From Persephonella sp. (GTDB lineage: Bacteria > Aquificota > Aquificia > Aquificales > Hydrogenothermaceae): a stretch of DNA of 64,000 nt. The position numbers were made by a program, and so were the translations under genes. The notes beneath the pieces are model-generated. The model made no database searches. It was given only the letters and a program-made list of their open reading frames with translations, and was not told the DNA's origin. This document shows, piece after piece, positions 9,542-20,125 of the stretch; within the stretch, counting starts at the first letter, position 1, and every line of letters begins with the position of its first letter. The DNA is taken from assembly GCF_027023985.1 (NCBI RefSeq), contig NZ_JALVTW010000035.1:1374-65373 (forward strand). Direction: 5' to 3'.

Positions 9542-9894
9542 TTTTTAAAACCTCAAATAATCTTTCTACAAGATTAATATATACTTCTACTTCCTCTTTT
9601 TCTATAGAGTTCATAATCAGCTAATCTTCTTAGCTCATAAAAATCCCTTAATCTTTTTCTATCTTCCTTATTTAAGGTGATATCTTCCTCAAAAAGGGCT
9701 TTGAAAAAGCATTTAAGTATTCCTTTGTGTGCCCATCTACCAGATGGAGGGTCACCGCACACAGAAACCATTATAGAATATGCAGAGTAATATAATCTTG
9801 CCAGACTATCTCTGTATAGTTTATTTTCATATAAAATTTTCCCGGCAATAAAATGTTCCTTTGCTTTTGATTTCCACTTTTTGTTTTGACTCAA
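9534..9894 (-). pseudogene. HEPN-domain protein with a frameshift near 9610
   Basis: SLARLYYSAY, AHKG, YELRRLADY motifs; an alternative frame continues NSIEKEEVEVYINLVERLFEVLKND* to 9534. Confidence 0.7.
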
Positions 9895-9954
9895 AATCTT
9901 ATTTCCTGTTTGTTTAACTTTAAAAGATATCGTCCTTTTTATGAAGAAAGTTGA

Positions 9955-10557
9955 TTAAAGGGGAGTTTTATGTTCAAGGGCTTTGGATAGTGTGAAATCA
10001 TCTGCGTTTTCAAGGACGGCTCCAAATGGGAGTCCATATCCTATTCTGAATATGGTGATGTTTTTATCTTTGAGAAGATTATAGATATATGAAGCCGTTG
10101 CTTCACCTTCTACCGTTGGGTTTGTCGCCAGTATAACCTCTTTTACTGGTAGTTTATCTACCCTTTCTATAAGGCTATCAATATTTAAATCTTCCGGTGT
10201 TATTTCTTCAAGGGGAGATAGTCTTCCACCTATCACATGATAAAGTCCATTGAATTTTCCTGTTCTTTCTATTGCAAATGCATCAAAGCTTTCTTCCACC
10301 ACACATATAACCGATCTGTCCCTGTCTTCATTTTTGCATATTGGACAAAGCTCATCTTCCGTATAAATACCACACTCTCTGCAAGGGTGAACTTTTTCCA
10401 GAAGTTGCATAAATGTTTTTATAAGGTCTAAAGCTTCTCCACGGGGCATGTTCAAAATATTCACAGCAAGTCTCTGGGCAGACTTCTCCCCGTAGCCTGG
10501 AAGTCTGGATATTTCTTCTACTACTTTTGAAAGTGTTTCAGGAATTATATTTTCCAT
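9955..10557 (-). CDS. recR: Recombination mediator RecR
   Basis: LPGYGEKSAQR, C4 Zn finger, Toprim EVILATNPTVEGEATA. Confidence 0.97.
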   Translation of the reverse strand: MENIIPETLSKVVEEISRLPGYGEKSAQRLAVNILNMPRGEALDLIKTFMQLLEKVHPCRECGIYTEDELCPICKNEDRDRSVICVVEESFDAFAIERTGKFNGLYHVIGGRLSPLEEITPEDLNIDSLIERVDKLPVKEVILATNPTVEGEATASYIYNLLKDKNITIFRIGYGLPFGAVLENADDFTLSKALEHKTPL

Positions 10558-10889
10558 TAGAGTAAGTTATTCAACCCCGGAATATTCCCAAGCATTCCTG
10601 CAGCTTGAGATAGCTTTTCTGTCATAACTTCTTTTGCCCTTGCATTTGCTTCATTTATTGCTGCAACAAGTAAATCCTGCAGTATTTCATGGTTGTCTTC
10701 TGTTAAGAGGGATTTATCTATAAAAACATCCTTTGCTTCTCCAAGACCATTAACTACTATCTTTACCATTCCACCGCCAACTTCAACAATAATCTCTTCA
10801 TTTCTCAGTTCCTCTTTTGCCTTGGCCATATTTTCCTGCATTGTTTTCATCATCTTCATCATATCGCCTAAATTTCCTAAATTAAACAT
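10557..10889 (-). CDS. ebfC: YbaB/EbfC nucleoid-associated protein
   Basis: VEVGGGMVKI, LQDLLVAAINEA; dnaX-ybaB-recR synteny. Confidence 0.95.
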   Translation of the reverse strand: MFNLGNLGDMMKMMKTMQENMAKAKEELRNEEIIVEVGGGMVKIVVNGLGEAKDVFIDKSLLTEDNHEILQDLLVAAINEANARAKEVMTEKLSQAAGMLGNIPGLNNLL

Positions 10890-12332
10890 TTACTCCTCCT
10901 TATAGCTAATTAGTTTTCCTTGAAACAAATCCAGCACCTTGTCTACTGATTCATCTCTCTTTTTGCTCTTTTTTTTCTCAGGCTTTATCTCAATCTCTTG
11001 TATTTCCACAGTTTTTGGGAAATATTTCTGTATTATATCTAATTTGCTTTTTAAAAGATCTGCTATTGTTTTTTCAACCAATATCACAAATTTATCGTTT
11101 TCTTCTTTTATGCTGGCGTTTTTCAGTGCTCCTGATACTATTCCACCTGCTTCTTTGCCTATTTTTAAAATTGCCTTTTGAATATCAAACTTTTCTTCTT
11201 TAGGTTTTGTTTGCTGGGTTTCCTTTGTCTGCGGTGTTGTTTGAACAGAAATTCCTTTTTCCAGCAGTTCTTTTATTGGAATAAGATTTTTCATAAATTT
11301 AAGCTTTAAAACTGCAAGCTGATAGATATCCTTTTTCTCTGTAAAATTTCTTGCTTCAAGGTATGTCTTTTTGAATATATCAAGTGTATAAATCAGAAGT
11401 TCTGTATCGTCTTCTGAGAATATATCATCTTTTTGTCCCAGTGCAATGGATACCATTGCTTTATGGAGTTTTTCCATTATTTGCTGCCAGAATACATTCA
11501 GGTCATATCCTTCGCTGTCAAGGGTTTCTATGGTTTTCAGCATATCTTTTAAAGATTTTTCTTTAAGATCTGTTAAAAATTTATTGACTATATTCTCTGG
11601 AATTACGCCAAGTAGTTGTCTAGTAGTTTCTACTTTAACAGAACCATTGCCGTATATAACAGCCTGGTCTAATATGCTTGCTGCATCTCTGACTCCACCT
11701 TCGCTTGCCTCTGCTATCAGATAAAGTGCTTCCTCCTCATAAGGTATATTTTCATTTTCTAAAATCCATTTCAGGTATTCCTTAATCTGCTCCTTTGTCG
11801 GTGGCTTAAAGATAAAAGTCTGACATCTGGAACGGATTGTATCCGGTATTTTGTGAAGTTCAGTTGTCGCCAGTATAAAAATATTATTAGATGGTGGTTC
11901 TTCCAATGTTTTCAAAAGTGCATTAAAGGCCTCTCTGGTAAGCATATGGGCTTCATCTATTATATAAACCTTGTATCTGCCTTTTATGGGGGCATAAGAA
12001 ACATTATCTCTTAGTGCTCTAATATCATCTATTCCACGGTTTGAGGCTGCATCTATTTCATACATATCAGGGAAAGAGCCTTTTTCTATTTCCTGACAGT
12101 TTTCACATACTCCGCAAGGTTCAGGGGTTATTCCCTTTTCACAGTTGAGGCATTTTGTAATTATTCTGGCTATGGTTGTTTTTCCAAGTCCACGGGAACC
12201 GGCGAATATATATGCATGGGATATTCTATCCAGCTTTATAGCATTTTCCAGAGTCTTTTTAACAGTTTCCTGTCCTACAACCTGACTGAAGTTTTTAGGT
12301 CTGTATTTCCGTGCAAAAGATTGGTAAGCCAT
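10890..12332 (-). CDS. dnaX: DNA polymerase III subunit gamma/tau
   Basis: ARKYRP, GSRGLGKTT, EIDAASNRG, DEAHML, SRCQ. Confidence 0.97.
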   Translation of the reverse strand: MAYQSFARKYRPKNFSQVVGQETVKKTLENAIKLDRISHAYIFAGSRGLGKTTIARIITKCLNCEKGITPEPCGVCENCQEIEKGSFPDMYEIDAASNRGIDDIRALRDNVSYAPIKGRYKVYIIDEAHMLTREAFNALLKTLEEPPSNNIFILATTELHKIPDTIRSRCQTFIFKPPTKEQIKEYLKWILENENIPYEEEALYLIAEASEGGVRDAASILDQAVIYGNGSVKVETTRQLLGVIPENIVNKFLTDLKEKSLKDMLKTIETLDSEGYDLNVFWQQIMEKLHKAMVSIALGQKDDIFSEDDTELLIYTLDIFKKTYLEARNFTEKKDIYQLAVLKLKFMKNLIPIKELLEKGISVQTTPQTKETQQTKPKEEKFDIQKAILKIGKEAGGIVSGALKNASIKEENDKFVILVEKTIADLLKSKLDIIQKYFPKTVEIQEIEIKPEKKKSKKRDESVDKVLDLFQGKLISYKEE

Positions 12333-12399
12333 AAAAATGCTCCATTTTTCAAATATTTATAAAATATTTTATGTCAATTTAATGTTTTATTGGGAAAAA

Positions 12400-12798
12400 T
12401 CAACCTTCCATGATTTTTACAATAACTTTTCTGGTTCTGGGACCATCAAACTCAGCAAAGAATATACCCTGCCATGTTCCAAGCATAAGCCTGCCGTCTT
12501 TTATTGGAATAAATGTATTTGTGCCTACTAAAACAGATTTGATATGGGCAGCTGCATTTCCTTCTATATGTTTGTAGTTATTTTCCCATGGAATTAATTT
12601 TTCAAGGGTCTGTTCAATATCCCATTTTACATCTGGGTCTGCATTTTCATTAATAAAAATCCCTGCTGTTGTATGTGGCACATATAGATAACATATTCCT
12701 TCTTGAACTCCGCTTTCATCAACTACTTCCTGAACTTCGTCTGTTATGTCTTCAAAATGTGTTCTTTTCTGGGTTACAACTTCAAGAAATTTAATCAT
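12400..12798 (-). CDS. yjbQ: YjbQ/UPF0047 protein
   Basis: [38 protein letters not shown]. Confidence 0.93.
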   Translation of the reverse strand: MIKFLEVVTQKRTHFEDITDEVQEVVDESGVQEGICYLYVPHTTAGIFINENADPDVKWDIEQTLEKLIPWENNYKHIEGNAAAHIKSVLVGTNTFIPIKDGRLMLGTWQGIFFAEFDGPRTRKVIVKIMEG

Positions 12799-13475
12799 TC
12801 TTTCTCCTCCTTTAGATAGTATAAAACATCTTCATTAGTAAGGTCATACCAGTTTTTGTAAGCATCTGCAACAGCATAAGGATAAAAATCCCGATAGTTT
12901 AGGCAAACAATAGCATCTACTTCAGGAAGAAGTTTATCCACTGCAGATTTTGAGCAGGTAGGCACCGCTACTATTATTTTTTTGGGATTTTTCCTTTTAA
13001 CCATTTGTATAGCTGTAAACATTGTATATCCGGAGGCAAGACCGTCATCTACTATAACAACCGTTTTTCCTGTTAAGTTTGGAAATGGTCTGTTTTTTCT
13101 GAAAATCTCGTTTCTGTGTTTTAGTGTCTGAATAGTCTTTTCTTTCTGTTTTTCTATTATCTCATCTGTAAGACCTGTATACTGAACAGCCTCTTTATTT
13201 AGAATATAATCCCCTTCAATGCTTACAGCACCGAACCCTGCCTCGGTATTCCATGGGTAAGTAATTTTTTTAACAAGAATCAAATCAAAGGGGATTTTTA
13301 ATTTCTGGGAGATTTTTTTACCTACTGGAACTCCACCTGATGGAATTGCAACAACAATACTATTTTTATCAACCAAATCTTTTAAAAATTCTGCCAGTCT
13401 TTCCCCTGCCTCATCCCTATCCTCAAAAACAAATACCTTATTTTTAAGATTTTCATCCTGAATAAGTTTTCCCAT
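12795..13475 (-). CDS. Type I phosphoribosyltransferase family protein
   Basis: [28 protein letters not shown]. Start placed at ATG 13475; the longer ORF call overlaps dtd. Confidence 0.88.
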   Translation of the reverse strand: MGKLIQDENLKNKVFVFEDRDEAGERLAEFLKDLVDKNSIVVAIPSGGVPVGKKISQKLKIPFDLILVKKITYPWNTEAGFGAVSIEGDYILNKEAVQYTGLTDEIIEKQKEKTIQTLKHRNEIFRKNRPFPNLTGKTVVIVDDGLASGYTMFTAIQMVKRKNPKKIIVAVPTCSKSAVDKLLPEVDAIVCLNYRDFYPYAVADAYKNWYDLTNEDVLYYLKEEKE

Positions 13476-13512
13476 ACAATAAATATATAAACCAAAAGTA
13501 GAGAGGTTCAAA

Positions 13513-13956
13513 TTGAAGGCTGTTATACAAAGAGTGAATAAATCATGGGTTGAGGTTGATGGTAGAATAGTAGGCAGCATAGATAAAGGTTTGAATATAC
13601 TTCTCGGTGTTGAGAAAGGAGATACAGAAGAGGACATAAAGAAAATGATTAATAAGATTCCTTACCTCAGGATTTTCGAGGATGAAAATGGAAAGATGAA
13701 TTTATCCCTAATTGATATAAACGGTAAAGCTCTTGTAATCTCCCAATTCACTCTGGCAGGAAATATAAAAAAAGGTAGAAGACCTTCTTTTGATACTGCA
13801 GAAGAACCTGAAAAGGCTAAAAAACTTTATGAAAAATTTGTTGAGGAACTGGGAAAAATTGTTCCTGTTGAAACCGGCATCTTTGCAGCACATATGAAGG
13901 TTTTTATTGAAAATGATGGTCCCGTAACATTTATAGTGGATTCACGGCAGTTGTAG
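13513..13956 (+). CDS. dtd: D-aminoacyl-tRNA deacylase
   Basis: MKAVIQRV, SQFTL, GRRPSF, NDGPVT; TTG start. Confidence 0.97.
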   Translation: MKAVIQRVNKSWVEVDGRIVGSIDKGLNILLGVEKGDTEEDIKKMINKIPYLRIFEDENGKMNLSLIDINGKALVISQFTLAGNIKKGRRPSFDTAEEPEKAKKLYEKFVEELGKIVPVETGIFAAHMKVFIENDGPVTFIVDSRQL

Positions 13957-15396
13957 TATTTCGTGGAGTGGAAAGTCTTCCTCAAGGACAGGGAAATCCT
14001 CTATTTTCCTGTCAAAAGCCGCTTCCAAGAATGCATTACTCCACCAGTTTATATCATATTTTTGGATATGTTTTCTTAAGTTTTTCATTCTTTTGGATTT
14101 CTGGTTATCTTTCATTGTCAAAGCTTTATACAGGGTATAAGCTGTTCCCTCAAGGTCATAAGGATTTATAAGTAAGGCATCTTTATATAGCTCTGTGGCA
14201 GCCCCTGCAAACTCACTCAAGAGTAATACCCCGTTTTCATCAATATTTGCCGCTGCATACTCTTTTCCAACAAGATTCATACCGTCTTTTATCGGATTAA
14301 CCCAGCACACATCTGAATATCTGTAATAGGCGATTAGTTTCTCAAAATCCAGTCTACCTGCGATATACCTGACAGGTGTCCATCTATCTGTCCCGAATTT
14401 TCCGTTAATCTCACTTACAAGATGTTCAAATTCAATCTTTAGCTGGTCGTATTCCGGAAGTTTTTTGATATTAGGGGCTACTGCCTGAACAAGCTGGACT
14501 TTGCAGTGAAATTCCGGATATTTTTCAAGGAAAAGTTTAAATGCTCTAAGCTTATGTATCAGACCTTTTGTATAATCAAGTCTATCTATTCCCAGTATAA
14601 GTTTTCTTTTTTTATCCAGAGATTTTACCTGTTTTGCAAAGGAGTTATACTTTTCAAAATCAATACTTATAGGGAATACCCCTACCTTAATGGTTTTACC
14701 TTTGTATTTTATCTGGGTTATTGGCTCTTTTACTTTAATCTGGATACCGTCTATAAGCTCATCAAGGCAGTCAAGGAAATTTTTCCTGTCTATGTATGTA
14801 TGAAATCCAATAAGGTCGTAATGGAGCAGTCCTTCAAGCAGTTCTATTCGCCATGGGATTTTGAAAAACAGTTCAGGATTTGGAAATGGAATATGAAGGA
14901 AAAAGCCTGTTTTGTTTTTGACCCCTGATTCTTTTAGATATTCCGGCAGCAAGAAAAAGTGGTAATCATGCACCCAGATTAAATCGTTTTTGCTGACTAA
15001 TTTTTTTATATAATTTGCAAACTTTTTATTGACTTTTTTATAGGCCTGCCAGTATTCCGGCTCAAATCTGGTATAAGCGGGAAATGTATGGAAAAGCGGC
15101 CATATAATTCCATTGGAAAAACCATCAAAGAAGTTTTTCCTTTCTTCTTCTGTAAGGGAAACAGGATAAAGGGCAAATCCTTCCTTTTTCCCTGTTTCAA
15201 GGATTAATTGTTTCAACTCTTTGTTTATCTGATTGGTTCCTGCCCAGCCAAGCCATATTGCCTGTCTTTTGTAAAGTGCCTGTTTTAATGCTGTAACCAG
15301 TCCTCCGGGACTTACCTTAACTGAATACTGTTTATCCTTTTTTTCAACATGAATAGGCAGTATCGCCGAAACAACAAACAGCCGCTCTTTTTCCAT
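13942..15396 (-). CDS. otsA: Trehalose-6-phosphate synthase (GT20)
   Basis: [42 protein letters not shown]. Start is ATG 15396 or GTG 15402. Confidence 0.92.
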   Translation of the reverse strand: MEKERLFVVSAILPIHVEKKDKQYSVKVSPGGLVTALKQALYKRQAIWLGWAGTNQINKELKQLILETGKKEGFALYPVSLTEEERKNFFDGFSNGIIWPLFHTFPAYTRFEPEYWQAYKKVNKKFANYIKKLVSKNDLIWVHDYHFFLLPEYLKESGVKNKTGFFLHIPFPNPELFFKIPWRIELLEGLLHYDLIGFHTYIDRKNFLDCLDELIDGIQIKVKEPITQIKYKGKTIKVGVFPISIDFEKYNSFAKQVKSLDKKRKLILGIDRLDYTKGLIHKLRAFKLFLEKYPEFHCKVQLVQAVAPNIKKLPEYDQLKIEFEHLVSEINGKFGTDRWTPVRYIAGRLDFEKLIAYYRYSDVCWVNPIKDGMNLVGKEYAAANIDENGVLLLSEFAGAATELYKDALLINPYDLEGTAYTLYKALTMKDNQKSKRMKNLRKHIQKYDINWWSNAFLEAAFDRKIEDFPVLEEDFPLHEILQLP

Positions 15397-15405
15397 TTCC
15401 ACCTC

Positions 15406-16749
15406 TTATTCTCTATCTCTACCTCTAAATATTAATTTAATAGGTGCTTTTTCAAAGCCAAGTATTTCTCTAAGGTTATTTTCCAGAAATCTGACATAAT
15501 GTTCTTTGAAGCCTTCCGGATAGTTTACGAACATAAGGAAGCAAGGGGGTTTCCCTTCAAGCTGTGTTGCATAGTAAATCTTGAGAGGCTTTCCTCTATA
15601 TGCCGGTGGTTGTCTGAGGGATAAGATTTGCTGTAGTGCCCTGTTAAGCTGCCCTGTTCCAACCCTTTTCCATGCCTGATTATAAACCTCAACTATTTCT
15701 TGAAGCAGCTGTTTTATTCCTCTTTTCTGCTTTGCTGAGGTTAAAACTATCGGAGCATAAGGCAGAAAATATAATCTCTCTCTAACCTGATTTTTTATTC
15801 TGTTTAAAACTTCTTTTCGCTGAGGGAGTGTATCAATTTTGTTTATTACGATAATAGCTGGTTTTGAATACTTTTGTATAAGATGGGCTATTTTAGTGTC
15901 CTGCTCTGTTGCTCCTTCTTTTGCATCTATAACATGAACAACAACATCTGCTCTTTTTAATGCCTCAAGGGTCCTTCCTACGCTGAAAAATTCTATTCCG
16001 TAATCAACTTTGGACTTTTTTCTTAGTCCTGCTGTGTCAAGGAAAAGAAATTTATGTCCATTCCATTCAAAAAGGGTGTCAATAACATCTCTTGTTGTTC
16101 CGGGAATGTTTGATACTACTGCCCTTTCCTCTCCTAAAATTGCATTTAATAGTGAAGATTTTCCGGCATTTGGTTTTCCTACAATAGCAACTTTTATGAC
16201 CTCATCTTTTTCTTTTTTCTCTTGTTTTATTTCCTCTTTGGCAGCTTCTACTTCATAATCAGGTATATGTTTCACAACCTCATCAAGCAAATCTCCAACG
16301 CCGTATTTCTGGATAGATGAAACAGGAAAAACCTTATCAAATCCAAGCTCATAAAATTCATAAATCCTGTCCTCATGAGAAGGGTCATCAATTTTGTTTA
16401 CCGCTACCAAAACAGGTTTTTTTGTTTTGTGGAGTATTTTTGCTATATCTTTGTCTGTCGGTGTTAAGCCTTCTTTCCCATCAACAACAAATATAAACAG
16501 GTCAGATAAATCAAGCTCTTTTTCAATCTGTTTTCTAATATAAGGTGCAAATTTATCCTCATCTCCTTCTATGTATCCGCCTGTATCAACAACTTCAAAA
16601 GGCACACCAAGCCATTCGGTTTTTGCAACAACTCTATCCCGGGTTACACCGGGGATATCTTCCACTATTGCCTTTCTTTTTCCTATTATCCTGTTAAAAA
16701 GGGAAGACTTACCGACATTAGGTCTTCCGACAATGGCTACTCTAAACAT
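15406..16749 (-). CDS. der: Ribosome biogenesis GTPase Der
   Basis: Tandem G domains (GRPNVGKSS, GKPNAGKSS, DTGG, DTAG) and a KH-like C-terminus. Confidence 0.98.
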   Translation of the reverse strand: MFRVAIVGRPNVGKSSLFNRIIGKRKAIVEDIPGVTRDRVVAKTEWLGVPFEVVDTGGYIEGDEDKFAPYIRKQIEKELDLSDLFIFVVDGKEGLTPTDKDIAKILHKTKKPVLVAVNKIDDPSHEDRIYEFYELGFDKVFPVSSIQKYGVGDLLDEVVKHIPDYEVEAAKEEIKQEKKEKDEVIKVAIVGKPNAGKSSLLNAILGEERAVVSNIPGTTRDVIDTLFEWNGHKFLFLDTAGLRKKSKVDYGIEFFSVGRTLEALKRADVVVHVIDAKEGATEQDTKIAHLIQKYSKPAIIVINKIDTLPQRKEVLNRIKNQVRERLYFLPYAPIVLTSAKQKRGIKQLLQEIVEVYNQAWKRVGTGQLNRALQQILSLRQPPAYRGKPLKIYYATQLEGKPPCFLMFVNYPEGFKEHYVRFLENNLREILGFEKAPIKLIFRGRDRE

Positions 16750-16828
16750 TTTTTCTCCTTGATTAGATTAGATTTTTGTATAAAATTTTTAAAAGATATT
16801 AAATATTCTATAACTAAAGGGGTATAAA

Positions 16829-17233
16829 ATGTTAAAAAAAGTAGTTCCAGTTTTTTTAATCTTTAGCACATTCTCTTTTGCTGCCCTATCAGCAGGGAAG
16901 ATAGAATTTAAGCCAGAAAAAACAATTTTCAAGAAATCAGAAAAAGTTTGCTTTTTTCTGAAAAATGACTCAGACCAGAAGATATATCTTCCTTCATCTG
17001 CTCCATGGGCAGTATTCAAAGATAAAAAATATGAAAAAGTTGTTTATTCTCCAATTGCAACACAATCAATAGTGGAAATTAAACCATCAGAAGAAAAGAA
17101 ATGGTGCTGGAATCAGAAGGATTTCAAAAATGAGCAGGTTCCATCTGGAGAATATACAATCAGATTAACAGCATTTCAAAACGGTAAAAAAATATTTTTA
17201 AGTTCTTCTGTGCAGATTAAAAACTCACAATGA
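16829..17233 (+). CDS. Exported Ig-like protein (BsuPI-like pattern)
   Basis: Signal peptide; beta-rich pattern [10 protein letters not shown]...WNQKD...VPSGEYTI. Family is inference. Confidence 0.55.
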   Translation: MLKKVVPVFLIFSTFSFAALSAGKIEFKPEKTIFKKSEKVCFFLKNDSDQKIYLPSSAPWAVFKDKKYEKVVYSPIATQSIVEIKPSEEKKWCWNQKDFKNEQVPSGEYTIRLTAFQNGKKIFLSSSVQIKNSQ

Positions 17234-17616
17234 GGATTTTTTTATTAGGTTTAGCCCTTATCTTTCTGTTTTCCTGTGCAGAAAAGAAGCATTACCATTA
17301 TCATAGTAAATGCCCTTCTACGTTTAAAGGACTGGCCTCCTATTATGGCAAAAAATTCCATGGCAGAAGAACCGCCAGTGGTGAGATTTATAATATGTAT
17401 AAATACACTGCAGCCCATAGATATCTGCCCTTTGGGACAATATTACTGGTAAAAAATTTAAAAAATGGTAGAACGGTAAAAGTTAGGATTAATGATAGGG
17501 GACCCTTTGTAAGAGGAAGGGTTATTGACCTGTCCTATGCTGCTGCCAAAAAATTAAGAATGCTAAGGGCAGGGGTTGTTCCCGTAATCGTTAGAGTTCT
17601 AAGGTGCGGCAGGTGA
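17230..17616 (+). CDS. rlpA: RlpA-family septal ring lytic transglycosylase lipoprotein
   Basis: Lipobox LFSC; [36 protein letters not shown]. Confidence 0.93.
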   Translation: MRIFLLGLALIFLFSCAEKKHYHYHSKCPSTFKGLASYYGKKFHGRRTASGEIYNMYKYTAAHRYLPFGTILLVKNLKNGRTVKVRINDRGPFVRGRVIDLSYAAAKKLRMLRAGVVPVIVRVLRCGR

Positions 17617-19118
17617 AAAAAACACATTTTGTTAAAGGAACCCTTTTATTTTCTTCTGCAACCTTTATAAGCAGGATTTTAGGCTATCTCAGGGATGCCA
17701 CCATAGCTTATGTTTTCGGGGCAAATCCTTTAACAGATGCCTTTTTTGTAGCATGGAGAATTCCCAATACCCTCAGGCAGCTTGTTGCAGAAGGTAGCTT
17801 TAATGCTGCTTTTATTCCTATTTATACTCAGCTAAACAAAAATGACCCTGAATATGCAAAAAAATTTGCTTCTTCAATGTTTTCCTTTTATACACTTATA
17901 CTGGCAGCTATTACCGTTATTTCTATTGTTTTTGCAAAATATATTGTCGTTCTTATTGCACCGGGGCTTGCTGAAAAGGGGACTTTAGACACAGCTGCAT
18001 CACTTTTAAAAATTGTTTTTCCTTATCTGGTGCTTGTTGGATGGGTTTCATTTTTTATGGCCTTGTTGAATACAAGGGATAGATTTTTTATCCCTGCTGT
18101 ATCTCCGGCATTACTTAATTTATCCTTTATATTTTTTGCGCTGCTATTATCTGATAGATATGGCATATATGCCCTTGCTTATGGGGCAATTGTAGGTGGC
18201 GTTTTGCAGGTAGTTCTCCAGATACCACTGCTAATAAAAGAAAAGATGATGCCTTCTGTATCATTTGAATTTTTACCTGAAATTAAAGAAACTATAAAAA
18301 GACTTGCTCCTGCTTTTGCATCCTTTGGTGTCAGTCAGTTTGGATTTGTGGTTGATACCATTATTGCATCATTTTTGATTGGCGGTGCAATATCCTATCT
18401 TTATTATGCAAATAGAATTTTCCAGCTTCCTATTGGGCTGTTTGCAATAGGGCTGGGTAATGCTTTGCTTGTTTCTTTGTCAAGGCATTTTTCCGAGGAA
18501 AATATAAAGGAATTTAACAAGGATTTAAATAACGGTCTTAGATTTGCATTTTTTATATCAATCCCTGCAGTGGTAGGAATGATAGTTCTGGGACAGGAAA
18601 TTATAAAAATTCTGTTTGAAAGGGGTGCATTTTCCCAAAAAGATGGTCTGTGGACTTATTATGCCCTTGTTGGATACTCAATAGGGCTGGTAGGATATGC
18701 TGCGTCAAGGCCGCTAAAAAGTGCATTCTTTGCTATGGGCAATACAAAAATTCCCCTTTATTCAACTATTGTAGGTGTTCTGGTCAGTATTATTCTTGCA
18801 ATTATTTTTGGTTTTATTCTTAACTGGGGAGTGTTTGGTCTTGCATTTGCTTCATCAATTGGCGGAATAATGAGTTTTGTTTATTTATATCTAATCTCAA
18901 AATTTGAAATTGATAAAAAGGAAGTTTTTGAAACCATTTTAAAATCTGTTTTGTCTGCTGTTTTGATGGCAGCTGCCGTGTTTGGTGTAAAATTTTTAGC
19001 AGAAAATCTGTATATTCAGGTTTTTGGTGGAATAACCATTGCAATTATAGTTTATTTTGGTGTGGCCTATCTGCTAAAGGAAAATTCTGTTTTAATGCTT
19101 AAAAAACTCAGGAAATAA
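17613..19118 (+). CDS. murJ: Lipid II flippase MurJ
   Basis: [35 protein letters not shown] at 17613 gives a GTGA overlap with rlpA. Confidence 0.95.
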   Translation: MKKTHFVKGTLLFSSATFISRILGYLRDATIAYVFGANPLTDAFFVAWRIPNTLRQLVAEGSFNAAFIPIYTQLNKNDPEYAKKFASSMFSFYTLILAAITVISIVFAKYIVVLIAPGLAEKGTLDTAASLLKIVFPYLVLVGWVSFFMALLNTRDRFFIPAVSPALLNLSFIFFALLLSDRYGIYALAYGAIVGGVLQVVLQIPLLIKEKMMPSVSFEFLPEIKETIKRLAPAFASFGVSQFGFVVDTIIASFLIGGAISYLYYANRIFQLPIGLFAIGLGNALLVSLSRHFSEENIKEFNKDLNNGLRFAFFISIPAVVGMIVLGQEIIKILFERGAFSQKDGLWTYYALVGYSIGLVGYAASRPLKSAFFAMGNTKIPLYSTIVGVLVSIILAIIFGFILNWGVFGLAFASSIGGIMSFVYLYLISKFEIDKKEVFETILKSVLSAVLMAAAVFGVKFLAENLYIQVFGGITIAIIVYFGVAYLLKENSVLMLKKLRK

Positions 19119-19785
19119 TATTTTTTATCAAATCTTGTGTATTCTTTTCCAAAAATGGTGCATGGTTAGAATTTGTCAGATAAAGCTGAGAGTTTTTAAT
19201 CTGCTGTGAGGCAAAAACGCTACCCTGATAATTGATTATTTTGTCTTTTTTGCCGTGGATTAAATAAGCTGGGATAGGAATATCCTTCATTTTTTGTGTC
19301 AAATCCAGCTCTATAAATTCCCGCAACAGTTTAATACTGCCTTCTTTCTCCGGCAATGGAATATCTCTAAATGTATCCCCTGCAGCTGTTTTACGAAAGT
19401 TGTAAATCGTATCCGAGAAATCAACCTTTAGTGCGACCATAAAGGCCTTTACAAAAACAGGATTGTGTCCCAGATTTTTGTCTTTGAATTTAGGAGAAAA
19501 TCCGATTAAGACAAGCTTTTTCAAATTTGATGGTTTTTTTAACGCTGTTAAAACGGATATTGAAGCACCCAGTGACCAGCCTATTAAAACAACTTCTTCC
19601 TGTGATTTTTGTATCTGATGGTATATATCCTCTGAAAAATTTTCCATTATGTTTTGGCCTGTGTAGTCTTTATTCTGACCGTGGAATGGAAGGTCTATAA
19701 ACTGGCTATCTGGGATATCAAAAAACCCTTTCCATATCTGAGAGGAAAAGCTCCAGCCGTGGATAAATATCTTTTTAATCTTCAA
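19108..19785 (-). CDS. bioH: BioH-like alpha/beta hydrolase
   Basis: FIHGW, GWSLG nucleophile elbow, HAPF; downstream of bioW. Confidence 0.7.
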   Translation of the reverse strand: MKIKKIFIHGWSFSSQIWKGFFDIPDSQFIDLPFHGQNKDYTGQNIMENFSEDIYHQIQKSQEEVVLIGWSLGASISVLTALKKPSNLKKLVLIGFSPKFKDKNLGHNPVFVKAFMVALKVDFSDTIYNFRKTAAGDTFRDIPLPEKEGSIKLLREFIELDLTQKMKDIPIPAYLIHGKKDKIINYQGSVFASQQIKNSQLYLTNSNHAPFLEKNTQDLIKNIIS

Positions 19786-20125
19786 ACTCCTTAAATATTC
19801 TTTTTAACTCATTTTGCCAAAATTTTAGTTTTTCTTCATCATTTTTAAATTTTATGTTGTAAAGCTTTTGGGCAAATTTAAAAAATCCCTCAGATGGAAT
19901 ACCTGATTTTTTACTTACAACAAGGCTACCTATCATTGCTTTTCCATCTTTTACATAGCTTTTGCATAGTTTGTGAAGATATTTTGACAGAACTATGCCC
20001 ATTAATTTTCCTGATGGAATTTTTTTGTCAGAAGTTTGATTTATCTGTTTTGCAAGCTCACTGTAGGTTATTGTTTTTTTATTTTTTGCACAATCAATCA
20101 AAATTTTTTCAATTTTATTTAACAT
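19775..20125 (-). CDS. Hypothetical protein, possibly winged-helix-like
   Basis: TITYSELA...LVVSKKSGIPSEGFF...FWQNELKRIF; 11-nt overlaps with both neighbours. Confidence 0.65.
   Translation of the reverse strand: MLNKIEKILIDCAKNKKTITYSELAKQINQTSDKKIPSGKLMGIVLSKYLHKLCKSYVKDGKAMIGSLVVSKKSGIPSEGFFKFAQKLYNIKFKNDEEKLKFWQNELKRIFKEFED

Noticed and set aside
10968-10974. In-frame A_AAA_AAG slippery heptamer in dnaX (gamma/tau frameshift)
   Set aside because: It lies about 20 codons from the C-terminus, so a -1 shift would not yield a gamma-like product. No stimulatory SD or hairpin was seen, and it is explained by Lys codons.
12333-12399. SRP RNA (ffs), often found upstream of dnaX
   Set aside because: The gap is only 67 bp, AT-rich, with no GC-rich stem or GGAA loop motif.
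13476-13637. N-terminal extension of the PRTase in the ORF track
   Set aside because: It overlaps dtd on the other strand; family similarity begins at MGKLIQ (13475).
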